Source: a virus (Duplodnaviria; Heunggongvirae; Uroviricota; Caudoviricetes). From it: 41,166 nucleotides of DNA. Shown one piece after another: positions 16,688 to 25,753 of the stretch (its first letter is position 1; each line of letters starts with the position of its first letter). The notes beneath the pieces are model-generated. The model was not told the origin of the DNA, made no database searches, and was given only the letters and a program-made list of their open reading frames with translations. The stretch covers positions 280,485-321,650 of IMG/VR virus record IMGVR_UViG_3300028886_000031, one strand, 5' to 3'. Position numbers and translations under genes: made by a program.

Positions 16688-16701
16688 TTTTATTTTATTC
16701 A
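16688..16701 (-). promoter_or_regulatory. Candidate late promoter
   Basis: TGAATAAAATAAAA on the minus strand, starting 45 nt upstream of the 16656 start. Confidence 0.45.
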
Positions 16702-16768
16702 CGAAAAGAATGTAAAAAGATCGTTTTAATAAATTTAAATAATTATTTTTAGTTTAAGAGGTTTAGAA

Positions 16769-17236
16769 ATGGCAGAAACAACAGTTAAAATGACAGTGAA
16801 GGACATTGTCAACAAACTTATCGCTGATGAATGGATTGCTGAGTTCACATATTGTCATATGGCATATGTCCTTAAAGGAACAGCTAGAGATTCTGTTGAA
16901 AAAGGATTTAGACATATTGCAGAAGAGGAAAAGCATCACAAAGAAGAATTAATTACATGGATGCAATCAAAAGGTTATCCAGTAATTCTTAATCCAGTTC
17001 AAATGCTTGGAAATTGCAATCCATCTGGTAAATTCAATCCTTTCCAAGATCCAACTCAGACGGTCGATGCTCTTAAAGCACAGATTAAGTCTGAAATTAA
17101 CGCTAAGAATATGTATACATTGTATTATTCCGCTGTTAAGAATTTATACCCAGATCTAGCTTTCAAGTTTATGCACATAGCAAACGAAGAAGCTGAACAC
17201 AGAGTGGAGTTAGAAGATTTGCTATCTCAAGTTTAA
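16769..17236 (+). CDS. Ferritin-like diiron four-helix-bundle protein
   Basis: DE...Y, EEEKHH, SE...Y and EEAEH form paired ExxH diiron ligands. Confidence 0.85.
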   Translation: MAETTVKMTVKDIVNKLIADEWIAEFTYCHMAYVLKGTARDSVEKGFRHIAEEEKHHKEELITWMQSKGYPVILNPVQMLGNCNPSGKFNPFQDPTQTVDALKAQIKSEINAKNMYTLYYSAVKNLYPDLAFKFMHIANEEAEHRVELEDLLSQV

Positions 17237-17237
17237 T

Positions 17238-18440
17238 ATGACACAGTCATACATATATTATTTTAATAATGCAGCTACTACATGGCCTAAACCAGCATCT
17301 GTAGTAGATGCTGTAAAGAATTACTTTACAACGCCTCCCATTAATTCGTCTAGACATTGTAATTGTTTGAAACAACATGATGATGTAGATAATGTATGTA
17401 AAAGAAAAATAGCCGAGTTCTTTAATGTAGATCAAGAAAAATACGATGTAACAATCACATCTGGTTGTACATACTCAGCTAACATTGTTATCAATTGGCT
17501 TAGTAAGGAAGATCCAAAACCAATTCTTATTACAGATAACTGTGCACATAATAGCATATATAGAACTCATTTCGAGAAGATTGGTGGGAAACCTTTTATT
17601 ATAAAAGATTGGTATCAAATTAGCGATTTTATTGTACAACAGAATACAAATTACTATGTAGCAATATCTCATGTTAATAATGTAGATGGAACTCTAATTA
17701 CGGACGATAAAATTTTTAAAGTAATAGATTTTTGCAAGAAAAATAAAAACATTCCATTTATACTAGATATAACACAATCTGCTGGGACATATGAGATAGA
17801 TATTAGTAAATACAATTACGATAATATGTATATCATATGCAGTTGTCATAAGGGATTATACGCTACAACTGGTATTGGATTTCTAATTAGTCCTAAAGAT
17901 GTTATTAAAATTCCTTTAATATCCGGAGGGACTGGCGGAGCTAATGGAATTGATTATACAACAACTGGATCATTAGAAGCAGGTACTCCAAATGAATTAG
18001 CAATGACAAGTGCTATTGCTGGAATAGAATATATCCAGAAAAAAACATTAAGAATGATTTCCTTAAGAAAAAAATCTCTAGTAGAATTCTTTCTTAGTAG
18101 ATATAACACAATAGATGATAACTTTAAAAAAGTCTTTGAGCTTGTCGAATGTAAAAATCCAGAAAGTGGAATTCTTTGTTTTAAAATGTTAAACAGAGAG
18201 CGCTGTGAAGAATTCATTACACACCTAACAAAAGATTATAATGTTATAATTAGAAGTGGCGTACATTGTGCTCCATTATATCATATTAATGTATTAAAGG
18301 TAGAAGCTACCATGAGAATAAGTTTTGGTTCATTTAATATAATTAATGATGTAGATTATCTTATAGATTCTATTAACAAGTCTTGGTACGCTGTAGATCC
18401 ACATGATAGAAGCAAAGATATTGTCTATTCATGCACTTAA
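17238..18440 (+). CDS. Cysteine desulfurase (class V aminotransferase, SufS-like group II)
   Basis: FNNAATT.PKP, LDITQSAG, SCHKG (PLP Lys), EAGTPN, RSGVHCA (catalytic Cys), RISFG.FN. Confidence 0.9.
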   Translation: MTQSYIYYFNNAATTWPKPASVVDAVKNYFTTPPINSSRHCNCLKQHDDVDNVCKRKIAEFFNVDQEKYDVTITSGCTYSANIVINWLSKEDPKPILITDNCAHNSIYRTHFEKIGGKPFIIKDWYQISDFIVQQNTNYYVAISHVNNVDGTLITDDKIFKVIDFCKKNKNIPFILDITQSAGTYEIDISKYNYDNMYIICSCHKGLYATTGIGFLISPKDVIKIPLISGGTGGANGIDYTTTGSLEAGTPNELAMTSAIAGIEYIQKKTLRMISLRKKSLVEFFLSRYNTIDDNFKKVFELVECKNPESGILCFKMLNRERCEEFITHLTKDYNVIIRSGVHCAPLYHINVLKVEATMRISFGSFNIINDVDYLIDSINKSWYAVDPHDRSKDIVYSCT

Positions 18441-18460
18441 AAAAAATAAACAAAAAAACC

Positions 18461-18513
18461 AGAATCGAACTGGCATTCCGGCTAATAGCCGGCAATCCAC
18501 CAGGATTCTTTTT
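18461..18513 (+). terminator. Bulged hairpin plus T-run
   Basis: Nested AGAATC/GATTCT, CTGG/CCAG and CCGGCT/AGCCGG, then T-run. Confidence 0.7.
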
Positions 18514-18576
18514 ACAATTTATAATATATATAAAGTCTCAATCATATTTAAAGTAAAAATTAGAGAGTTTAAAACA

Positions 18577-18591
18577 CGAATAAATTTCAAA
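18577..18591 (+). promoter_or_regulatory. Candidate late promoter
   Basis: CGAATAAATTTCAAA starting 54 nt upstream of the 18631 ATG. Confidence 0.45.
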
Positions 18592-18630
18592 TAACTTTCT
18601 TTTTTATAAAAAATTTCGGAGTCAGAAAAT

Positions 18631-21600
18631 ATGCCAGCTAGAAGAATTGGTAGTTACAACAATCTATCTCCCCAACAAGAACGTACTGTAGACCCTTTTC
18701 ATAGTTTTAACAGTGATGATATCAACAGACTTACAAGAATAATCAGTAATGGGTCAGATGGTGTTGTATTCGGGCTAGATTTAACAACAAATAGAAGAAT
18801 TCCAGATTCTATAATATCTAAAGATATATTAAAGACTGGAACTAAATGTTTATTTCGTGCAGATGAATGGGAATTCATAGGAAAATGTGTTCCTGAACTT
18901 ATATCGGATGACAGATATATAACTGGCTGTAATATTATTGGAGTAGATTCTATAGGTGTACATGAAATTATATTCAACCTAGATGTCTCAAAATATTTAC
19001 CAATCAATTATATTAATTCAGAGTTTAAATTTAACTTTAGACTTAAAATTACGTCCGGATCTCCATATAAAGTTATGGCATCTGTATTAGATAGTCAATA
19101 TTCTATAGAATATCCTAGAAATTATGGAAGCACTTGTGAACTATCTGTCATACATAAGATAACGAAAGAATATGGATTAATACCTTTAAAACTATCCTTT
19201 GTATTAAATCCAGAAGATCTAAATTCTGGTACTTATGTTGACGCATATACTCCAAAACCTGATCATTATGATGGTCAATCTGATATTCATATTGATAATA
19301 TAGAATATTCTTATAATATTATTTCTACTGCTAAAAAATCTACCATATACGAGCATATTAATGATACTTACAATGGAAATTATTCAATTTCAAAAATTCA
19401 TCCATCTAATAAGATCTATGTAACTCCAGGATTGGCAATTAAAGATGATGTAGTTATACAAGAGAGAGAAATGAATCAGAATTTCTTAAGTCCATGTATA
19501 ACATTAGACGTTGGAAAAGGATCTAGTTGGATTAAGAATAATCCATTTAAAGATGAAGACTTCTATTTAGAAGGTGCTTCACAAATAGCTTATATTTTAA
19601 ATAGACAAGAGACTGGAATTCTAACATCTGGCGGTGTAGCAAATGGTGATCTAAAATTTGAAATAGATGAAGATAACTTCATTACTACGATAGATGATGT
19701 AGAATTAAATAATTTTGACTATGAAATACCATCTGATAAATATACAATATCAGAAAATACAGCCGGTGGTACAGAGTATAAATTAGTTGTACAAAACTTT
19801 GACATAGAACGTAATACAGATCTATATGGTCAGATCTTATTTATCGTAAGCAAGAAGACTAATAAGATTATTAGTCAAATACAAATTAATCCAGTTAGAT
19901 CAGATGATCGTTTATCATATCCACAGACAAGTTTTATATTCAAAAAAACAACATTTCCAATTACATTCTCAGATGAAAATGTAAAAGATAAGATTAAGAT
20001 TGTTGTTTCTAGTGGTCCAATTAAAGTTCCAGGAAATATTCAAGAATATAATACGAATATGGTTAAATGGGCAAATGTTGTATTATATTATACATACTTT
20101 AAACACCCAGAACCAAATAAATCGTACATTGGATTAATAAGGGATGAAGATTTAAATGATCCTATATTTAATGAAGATTATCTTGTTTTAGGAAGAGTAA
20201 GATTTATTGCACCGAATAAAATAGATCTTATAAGTTACGAAAATAGACAAAATATCTATTACTTTAAGGAAATTGCTAAACATATATCATACAGGGATCA
20301 ATTAGATCCAATAGACCAAATAAATTGGACGAATCCAGATACATCAGAAATAGATGTTCCAGAAGATGTTAGTTCTGCTATTACAAAACTAGCTAGTATG
20401 ATTAATGCTGTTAGAGATAGCATACCTGATCCAAGTGCCTACGAAGATGATGTTGTCTTTAACGTTCCTGGGTATTTAGAAGAAGGTAAACTTGTTCAAT
20501 ATGTAAAGGATGAACCAGATTCTGATACTGGGCATTTAAGATCAACATTAGGTATAGATACGACCGAATCAGGACTTGGATCGGATGATAGTTCTATTCC
20601 CACAAGTGGTGCTGTTAAAGCAGAATTAGGTAAGAAAGCTGACTTAGAAAATGGTAAAATACCACAAAGTCAATTGCCATCATATGTAGATGATGTTCTA
20701 GAATATCCAACGTTGGATAATTTTCCAGAAACTGGTGATCCTGGAAAAATTTATGTCACATTAGATACAAATCTAACTTATAGATGGTCTGGAACAACTT
20801 ATGTAGAAATTAGTAAATCATTAGCAATTGGAGAAACATCAAATACAGCGTTTGCTGGTGATAGAGGTTTACAATGTGAACAGAACATTGATGAACACGA
20901 AACAGAAATTGAGGAACTAAAACATAGAATCTTTGTTCCTAGCGGCGAAAAAGGTGAGATTCTGTATAGTGGTGGAAAAGACCAAAATTCAGAATTTGAT
21001 ACAATCATTCAGACTAACTTTTATATATGTGAAACAACTAAACAAGCCGATAAATGTCTATCTGATCCGGATGTTTCAAAAGCTGGAAATTTCGTTATAG
21101 ATCTACAGCAAGATAAATCTTATGAATTCGATGGTGTCAAATGGAACTTAATTGGAAGTGCTTCTGATACACTCGAACCAGGAAGAGAGTATTATAATTC
21201 TGTTACAAAGAGCATTTATTGGTGTGATCTTGATAAGAATATCACGAAAATAGATAATTCAATTCCAGGAAAAAATGGTCAAGTGGTATTTCATACTCCA
21301 GATACAATAAGTGATACTCATTGTGATTGGATAATGAATGATTTTAAAAAGGTATATACTTGTAAGACACAAGATGATCTAGATAAGTGTATGGCACCAA
21401 ATGTTATAGCACCAACATTAAAACAATTACACGAATCTTATAGCAAATTTGGTCACTGTGTTTTAAGTTTCGATGGAACAAGTTATTCTGCTACAGATTG
21501 GGTTCCAGATAATACTACTCAATTTATTAAGAGTCAATATGGGAAAGATCCGAATTATAAAGGAGAAGCAACTACGTTTTACTGGAGTAATTCTCTTAAT

Positions 21601-22851
21601 TCCATGACTACATCAGCAAATACAATAGATTATTGTGGCTTCGTTACAAAAAATAAATATGATGAATATGATATAACTTATAGATATTTTTCTAATTCTG
21701 GGGATGATGATTGGGCTGCATTTGTTGCTGCATTCGCTGAAGATTCGGATGGTGTTCAACATACTTTATCTTTTATAAGAACTCCAAATAATGGAAATCC
21801 GGCTAATGGAAAACAAGTACCACATTGGTTTGTGTGTATAGATAAATATAGCTTCCATATGCCGGAATGGCTTGGATATACAGATCAAAATAATTTGTTT
21901 GGACAGAAAGTTCTGGAAAATGGTAGCTCTAAAGTAACTAGTGATGCTTCTGGTAACTGGAATATAATGGGTGGTAACAATGGAGGCGTTAAAATAAGAG
22001 TTACAAGAAATGGAAATGTATTTAAAGGATATACATCATATTTTATACAAAATGCTACAGAAGCTGGAGATATAGTAGAAGATACAGAAATTATCATAGA
22101 CTTAAATGCTCTGCTTAATGATACAAGGTTTGAACCATATTGGAACGTTCTTAAATTATTTACAGAAGAATGTCAGTATGGTTTTGCTACACAATCACAG
22201 CCAGGAATGGCATTCGAGTGTCTAAGTGTTATTAATTATGATTATGTTATTTTAGATTTCGTAAACAATAGAGTGTTAACATATAACTATGGTTTACAGG
22301 AATGGGTAGAAGTAGATAAGACTATTCTAGACTTTTATAAATATGGTCAATTTACATATAACATATTAACTAAAAAATTATTCTGGTGCCACGAAAATGG
22401 TGAGATAACAGAGTTAAATAACACAAGTGCTAGTTCACTAGAACAGATATATCCTGTTGGATCTATTTACATTGGAACACAAGCAGAATGTCCTTTTAAG
22501 GATCTATTTGGAACATGGATTAAAGTATCTCAAGGTAAATGCTTATGGGGTGCAGAGGATACTCCATCTGAAGATAAAAAACCAGGAAAAACAATAGATG
22601 CTGGATTACCTAATATAACAGGAACAATACCATCTGTAGATGATGTAAATGGCACGATTGGCAATTTTCATAATGAAAGTGGTGCGTTTTATAGAGTAAG
22701 TGGAAATACAGCTGGTGGTGAATCTGCAAATAACGCAGTAGATAATGATGTATATGGATTTGATGCTTCTAAATCTAATTCTATTTATGGTAAATCTGAT
22801 ACTGTTCAACCTCCGGCATTTATTGTAAATATATGGCAGAGAACGTCATAA
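18631..22851 (+). CDS. Large virion tail/baseplate or fibre protein (1406 aa)
   Basis: Contains the common phage fibre module KADL..GKIP.SQLPSYVDDVLE...GKIYV..DTN.TYRWSG..YVEIS; a DDD-containing lectin-like beta region; C-terminal IYPVGSIY...GLPNITG...FDAS...VQPPA...WQR gp10-C/collar-like end. Confidence 0.8.
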   Translation: MPARRIGSYNNLSPQQERTVDPFHSFNSDDINRLTRIISNGSDGVVFGLDLTTNRRIPDSIISKDILKTGTKCLFRADEWEFIGKCVPELISDDRYITGCNIIGVDSIGVHEIIFNLDVSKYLPINYINSEFKFNFRLKITSGSPYKVMASVLDSQYSIEYPRNYGSTCELSVIHKITKEYGLIPLKLSFVLNPEDLNSGTYVDAYTPKPDHYDGQSDIHIDNIEYSYNIISTAKKSTIYEHINDTYNGNYSISKIHPSNKIYVTPGLAIKDDVVIQEREMNQNFLSPCITLDVGKGSSWIKNNPFKDEDFYLEGASQIAYILNRQETGILTSGGVANGDLKFEIDEDNFITTIDDVELNNFDYEIPSDKYTISENTAGGTEYKLVVQNFDIERNTDLYGQILFIVSKKTNKIISQIQINPVRSDDRLSYPQTSFIFKKTTFPITFSDENVKDKIKIVVSSGPIKVPGNIQEYNTNMVKWANVVLYYTYFKHPEPNKSYIGLIRDEDLNDPIFNEDYLVLGRVRFIAPNKIDLISYENRQNIYYFKEIAKHISYRDQLDPIDQINWTNPDTSEIDVPEDVSSAITKLASMINAVRDSIPDPSAYEDDVVFNVPGYLEEGKLVQYVKDEPDSDTGHLRSTLGIDTTESGLGSDDSSIPTSGAVKAELGKKADLENGKIPQSQLPSYVDDVLEYPTLDNFPETGDPGKIYVTLDTNLTYRWSGTTYVEISKSLAIGETSNTAFAGDRGLQCEQNIDEHETEIEELKHRIFVPSGEKGEILYSGGKDQNSEFDTIIQTNFYICETTKQADKCLSDPDVSKAGNFVIDLQQDKSYEFDGVKWNLIGSASDTLEPGREYYNSVTKSIYWCDLDKNITKIDNSIPGKNGQVVFHTPDTISDTHCDWIMNDFKKVYTCKTQDDLDKCMAPNVIAPTLKQLHESYSKFGHCVLSFDGTSYSATDWVPDNTTQFIKSQYGKDPNYKGEATTFYWSNSLNSMTTSANTIDYCGFVTKNKYDEYDITYRYFSNSGDDDWAAFVAAFAEDSDGVQHTLSFIRTPNNGNPANGKQVPHWFVCIDKYSFHMPEWLGYTDQNNLFGQKVLENGSSKVTSDASGNWNIMGGNNGGVKIRVTRNGNVFKGYTSYFIQNATEAGDIVEDTEIIIDLNALLNDTRFEPYWNVLKLFTEECQYGFATQSQPGMAFECLSVINYDYVILDFVNNRVLTYNYGLQEWVEVDKTILDFYKYGQFTYNILTKKLFWCHENGEITELNNTSASSLEQIYPVGSIYIGTQAECPFKDLFGTWIKVSQGKCLWGAEDTPSEDKKPGKTIDAGLPNITGTIPSVDDVNGTIGNFHNESGAFYRVSGNTAGGESANNAVDNDVYGFDASKSNSIYGKSDTVQPPAFIVNIWQRTS

Positions 22852-22856
22852 ATTGA

Positions 22857-22870
22857 TGAATAAAATTAAA
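22857..22870 (+). promoter_or_regulatory. Candidate late promoter
   Basis: TGAATAAAATTAAA starting 42 nt upstream of the khpA ATG. Confidence 0.55.
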
Positions 22871-22898
22871 TCTAAAGTTAATAGTTGAGGTTTATAAA

Positions 22899-23147
22899 AT
22901 GAAAGAATTAGTTACTACAATTGTAAAGGCACTTGTAGATGATGTTGATAACGTTCAAGTAAATGAAATTGAAGGCAATACATCTAACATTATAGAGATC
23001 GTTGTTTCTAAAAACGATCTCGGTAAAGTAATTGGTAAGAAAGGTAATACAGCATATTGTATTAGAAATCTTGTATTCGCTGCATCATTTAGAACAAAAA
23101 AACATTATTCTATTAATATAATGTCATTGGAAGATACTAAAAAGTAA
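22899..23147 (+). CDS. khpA: Single KH-domain RNA-binding protein KhpA (YlqC/UPF0109)
   Basis: MKELV..IVKALVD...V.V.E; DLGKVIGKKG with intact GxxG loop; 82 aa. Confidence 0.9.
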   Translation: MKELVTTIVKALVDDVDNVQVNEIEGNTSNIIEIVVSKNDLGKVIGKKGNTAYCIRNLVFAASFRTKKHYSINIMSLEDTKK

Positions 23148-23162
23148 TAAAGGATTTTCTTT

Positions 23163-23300
23163 ATGAAATTTTATGTTGAAATTGATAATAAGCTGAAAAA
23201 CAATAATCAGGTTCAAAAGAAATCTAAAAAAGATAAAGAAGATAAAAAAACTTTATCAGAACAAGAGATTCCTAAGAACCCTAGAATACTAATGGAATAG
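23163..23300 (+). CDS. Small basic hypothetical protein (45 aa), not in ORF track
   Basis: AAAGGA upstream, ATG 23163, TAG 23298-23300; fills the gap between khpA and Nudix. Confidence 0.55.
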   Translation: MKFYVEIDNKLKNNNQVQKKSKKDKEDKKTLSEQEIPKNPRILME

Positions 23301-23305
23301 ACACT

Positions 23306-23791
23306 ATGAAATGTATAACAGAATTTCTTCAACACTTTAATGAATCTAAGCGTAGAATATCATCTAAAGGAATTATTATTTCTCCAGATAATAAAATCTT
23401 AATCCTGAGAATACAGACTGGTTGTCATGCTGAAGGTATCTGGGATTTGCCTGGAGGTGGTGTTGAAGATAATGAATCTAATATAGATTGTTTAAAACGT
23501 GAAATTAAAGAAGAAACAAATCTAGATTTAGATCCGAAATCCATTAGATCTATTCATAAAAGCACGAACTTTGATATTCCAGAAGATGGTGTTCATGCTA
23601 AGTGGAATTATTTCCGAGCTAGAAGTACCAATACAAATGTATATCTAAATCCAGCTAAATGGTTAAATGGACAGCCCGAGCATTCAGAATATAAATGGAT
23701 ATCTGATTTAAGTGAGTTAGAGCAATTAGATATGTGTGATCAACACAAGAAAATACTGAAATCAGAATTATCCAGAATAAACAAGAAATAA
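23306..23791 (+). CDS. Nudix hydrolase
   Basis: WDLPGGGVEDNESNIDCLKREIKEETNL Nudix box; C-terminal EHSEYKW. Confidence 0.9.
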   Translation: MKCITEFLQHFNESKRRISSKGIIISPDNKILILRIQTGCHAEGIWDLPGGGVEDNESNIDCLKREIKEETNLDLDPKSIRSIHKSTNFDIPEDGVHAKWNYFRARSTNTNVYLNPAKWLNGQPEHSEYKWISDLSELEQLDMCDQHKKILKSELSRINKK

Positions 23792-23794
23792 TAT

Positions 23795-23809
23795 CGAACA
23801 AATTTTAAA
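23795..23809 (+). promoter_or_regulatory. Candidate late promoter
   Basis: CGAACAAATTTTAAA starting 41 nt upstream of the 23836 ATG. Confidence 0.4.
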
Positions 23810-23835
23810 AATTAGAATTTTAAGAGGATAAAACC

Positions 23836-24759
23836 ATGGCAATTAATTCAGAAGCCGATAAGAAAAAGTTGATTCCTACAATCAACGATCATCCACAGGT
23901 TGTTGTACAACCATATAACTCAGTCTCTGACTTAGATCTTAATCCAACTGGACCAGAAGATGTTGCTGATGGATATGTTGGTATGAAAGATCCATGTGTC
24001 CGTTTGAGTAAGAACATGAAGCTTTCTATGAGACATGTTGGTTTCAAAGAGAGAGCAATTCCCGTAAGTGAGGAATGGAAATGGGTTAATGGTGAGGCTG
24101 TTCCTCCTGTTGGAAGAGAGGATAGTGTCTATACTCAGCCAGATGATAAGAAGTATACTGATTATGGAACTGTTTCCTATGAGAAGGTTGCTCCATTTGA
24201 TAAAGATCCATCTGAGGAACTTGCTGAGAACATTGTCGTTACGGAAGCAACAGCTGAGTCCAATGATGATAATGATATGGTAGAAGCTGTTCCTGTTCTT
24301 GCTGTTAATAGAAAGCAGGGTATGCATCTTACATTAGAAGGAAGACGTGGGGAGGCATATGATGATCCTATCACAAATGATAACTATCTCACACGTCCAG
24401 GAATGGAAGTTTCTACAGAAGATACATATCTCTCACAGATAGAATCTGCCGATGATGAATCTTCCGCTGAGACAGAATCCGATGCAGAATCTGAATCAGA
24501 GTCTACTCCTGAATCTCCCGCTGAATCAGAGTCTAACAATACAGAGACTCCACAGACTCCAGAACCAACGTATTATTATACAGAGGTAGACAAGACATCT
24601 GTTCTGACACCAGAAGAGGGTATTGAATACTTTGTATCTGATGGTGCCGATGGATATACATCAGCTGGAACTATTACTGAGTGGGCTGAAGGTGTAACAT
24701 ATTACACAAGAAGCACAACAAAGAAGAGAACTTATACAAGAAGGACAGCATCTAAGTAA
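23836..24759 (+). CDS. Probable abundant virion protein with acidic Ser/Thr/Pro linker
   Basis: Codon usage and GC like the capsid gene; ESESESTPESPAES...TETPQTPEPT linker; C-terminal YT...EG.EYF / EGVTYYT module; strong 3' hairpin. Confidence 0.6.
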   Translation: MAINSEADKKKLIPTINDHPQVVVQPYNSVSDLDLNPTGPEDVADGYVGMKDPCVRLSKNMKLSMRHVGFKERAIPVSEEWKWVNGEAVPPVGREDSVYTQPDDKKYTDYGTVSYEKVAPFDKDPSEELAENIVVTEATAESNDDNDMVEAVPVLAVNRKQGMHLTLEGRRGEAYDDPITNDNYLTRPGMEVSTEDTYLSQIESADDESSAETESDAESESESTPESPAESESNNTETPQTPEPTYYYTEVDKTSVLTPEEGIEYFVSDGADGYTSAGTITEWAEGVTYYTRSTTKKRTYTRRTASK

Positions 24760-24780
24760 GATCTGTTTTTCTTAATTGAA

Positions 24781-24814
24781 ATTGGTACGGTTACTGAAAA
24801 GTAGCCGTACCAAT
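24781..24814 (+). other. 15-bp GNRA-capped stem-loop (3' stabiliser or terminator)
   Basis: ATTGGTACGGTTACT-GAAA-AGTAGCCGTACCAAT with one U-G pair; no clear U-tract. Confidence 0.7.
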
Positions 24815-24840
24815 AACTCTCGATAAAAAAGGAATCTATT

Positions 24841-25065
24841 ATGGCTATAATTAAAAAAACATTGAGTTCTATTTCTAATTTTGCTGATAAACTTTCTGAG
24901 TTGGTTACAAATATTAATAAGAAATTAAGACATGATGATATAGAGGATGAAAAGATTATAGAGACCAACAAAGAATTTAACGATAGAATAAATAATGATT
25001 ATGATACATCCATATGTGATGCCATTAGAAAGAAGAAACAGGAAGAAATCGAGAGTCTTAAATGA
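24841..25065 (+). CDS. Small hypothetical protein coupled to the lipoprotein gene
   Basis: AAGGA SD; ATGA overlap with 25062. Confidence 0.65.
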   Translation: MAIIKKTLSSISNFADKLSELVTNINKKLRHDDIEDEKIIETNKEFNDRINNDYDTSICDAIRKKKQEEIESLK

Positions 25066-25460
25066 ATAAAACATTATTATCTATAAGTTTACTTATCTTA
25101 TTAAGTGGTTGTTTTACATCTAAACCACAAGAGACAGTTATTCCACAAAAAGAAGAGATTATTCAAGTCTATGATGTTAACTCCTTGAAAACACAGGATA
25201 TTACATATAGAATTCAAGACAAAACTAAAGTACAAGTATATCAAGAAGGTGATAAGAAAACAGTTCAATTTACAGAAGATTGGTTTGTTGTACATAAAGA
25301 TCTTCTAAAAACAATGAATGAAAATCAAGATCTTCTTACAAAACTTCTCAAAAAGAATAAAAATGGAGTTTACTTTCCAAAATATATTGGCTATATAATG
25401 ATGGCATTAGGTGCCTTGATGATATTAAATTCTATACTTATATTCTTTAGAAAGAAATGA
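25062..25460 (+). CDS. Lipoprotein with C-terminal TM helix (unimolecular-spanin architecture)
   Basis: Signal MNKTLLSISLLILLSG-C (lipobox LSGC); C-terminal YIGYIMMALGALMILNSILIFFRKK. Confidence 0.6.
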   Translation: MNKTLLSISLLILLSGCFTSKPQETVIPQKEEIIQVYDVNSLKTQDITYRIQDKTKVQVYQEGDKKTVQFTEDWFVVHKDLLKTMNENQDLLTKLLKKNKNGVYFPKYIGYIMMALGALMILNSILIFFRKK

Positions 25461-25753
25461 AGAAAGATATTAACATAATTAGTTTTCTTAAATTATTTAG
25501 TGGTAGAGTCTTATTGACCATTATTTGTGGAATAGTTTTCATAATGTTAACTAATTGCATTTGTGGAATTTTATCAGCAAAAGCCGCAGAAATTACATTT
25601 GAAAGTTTAAGTGGAATTATTAATATGGTTCTGCTAATAGTAAGCAATGTAATTACTTTCTATTTTAGTAAAGATAAATCTGACGATAAAAGTGAAAAAT
25701 CTAAAAGAGGTCAAGAGGACGAATGGCAGGTAAGTATCAAAAAGACGAAATAA
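25457..25753 (+). CDS. Two-TM membrane protein, holin-like
   Basis: Two hydrophobic helices (GRVLLTIICGIVFIML; IINMVLLIVSNVITFYF) and a charged tail; ATGA-coupled to the lipoprotein. Confidence 0.55.
   Translation: MKKDINIISFLKLFSGRVLLTIICGIVFIMLTNCICGILSAKAAEITFESLSGIINMVLLIVSNVITFYFSKDKSDDKSEKSKRGQEDEWQVSIKKTK

Noticed and set aside
17238-18440. DndA of a phosphorothioate DNA-modification system
   Set aside because: No dndBCDE or ssp genes nearby; motifs fit a general SufS-like desulfurase. Cannot be excluded outside the window
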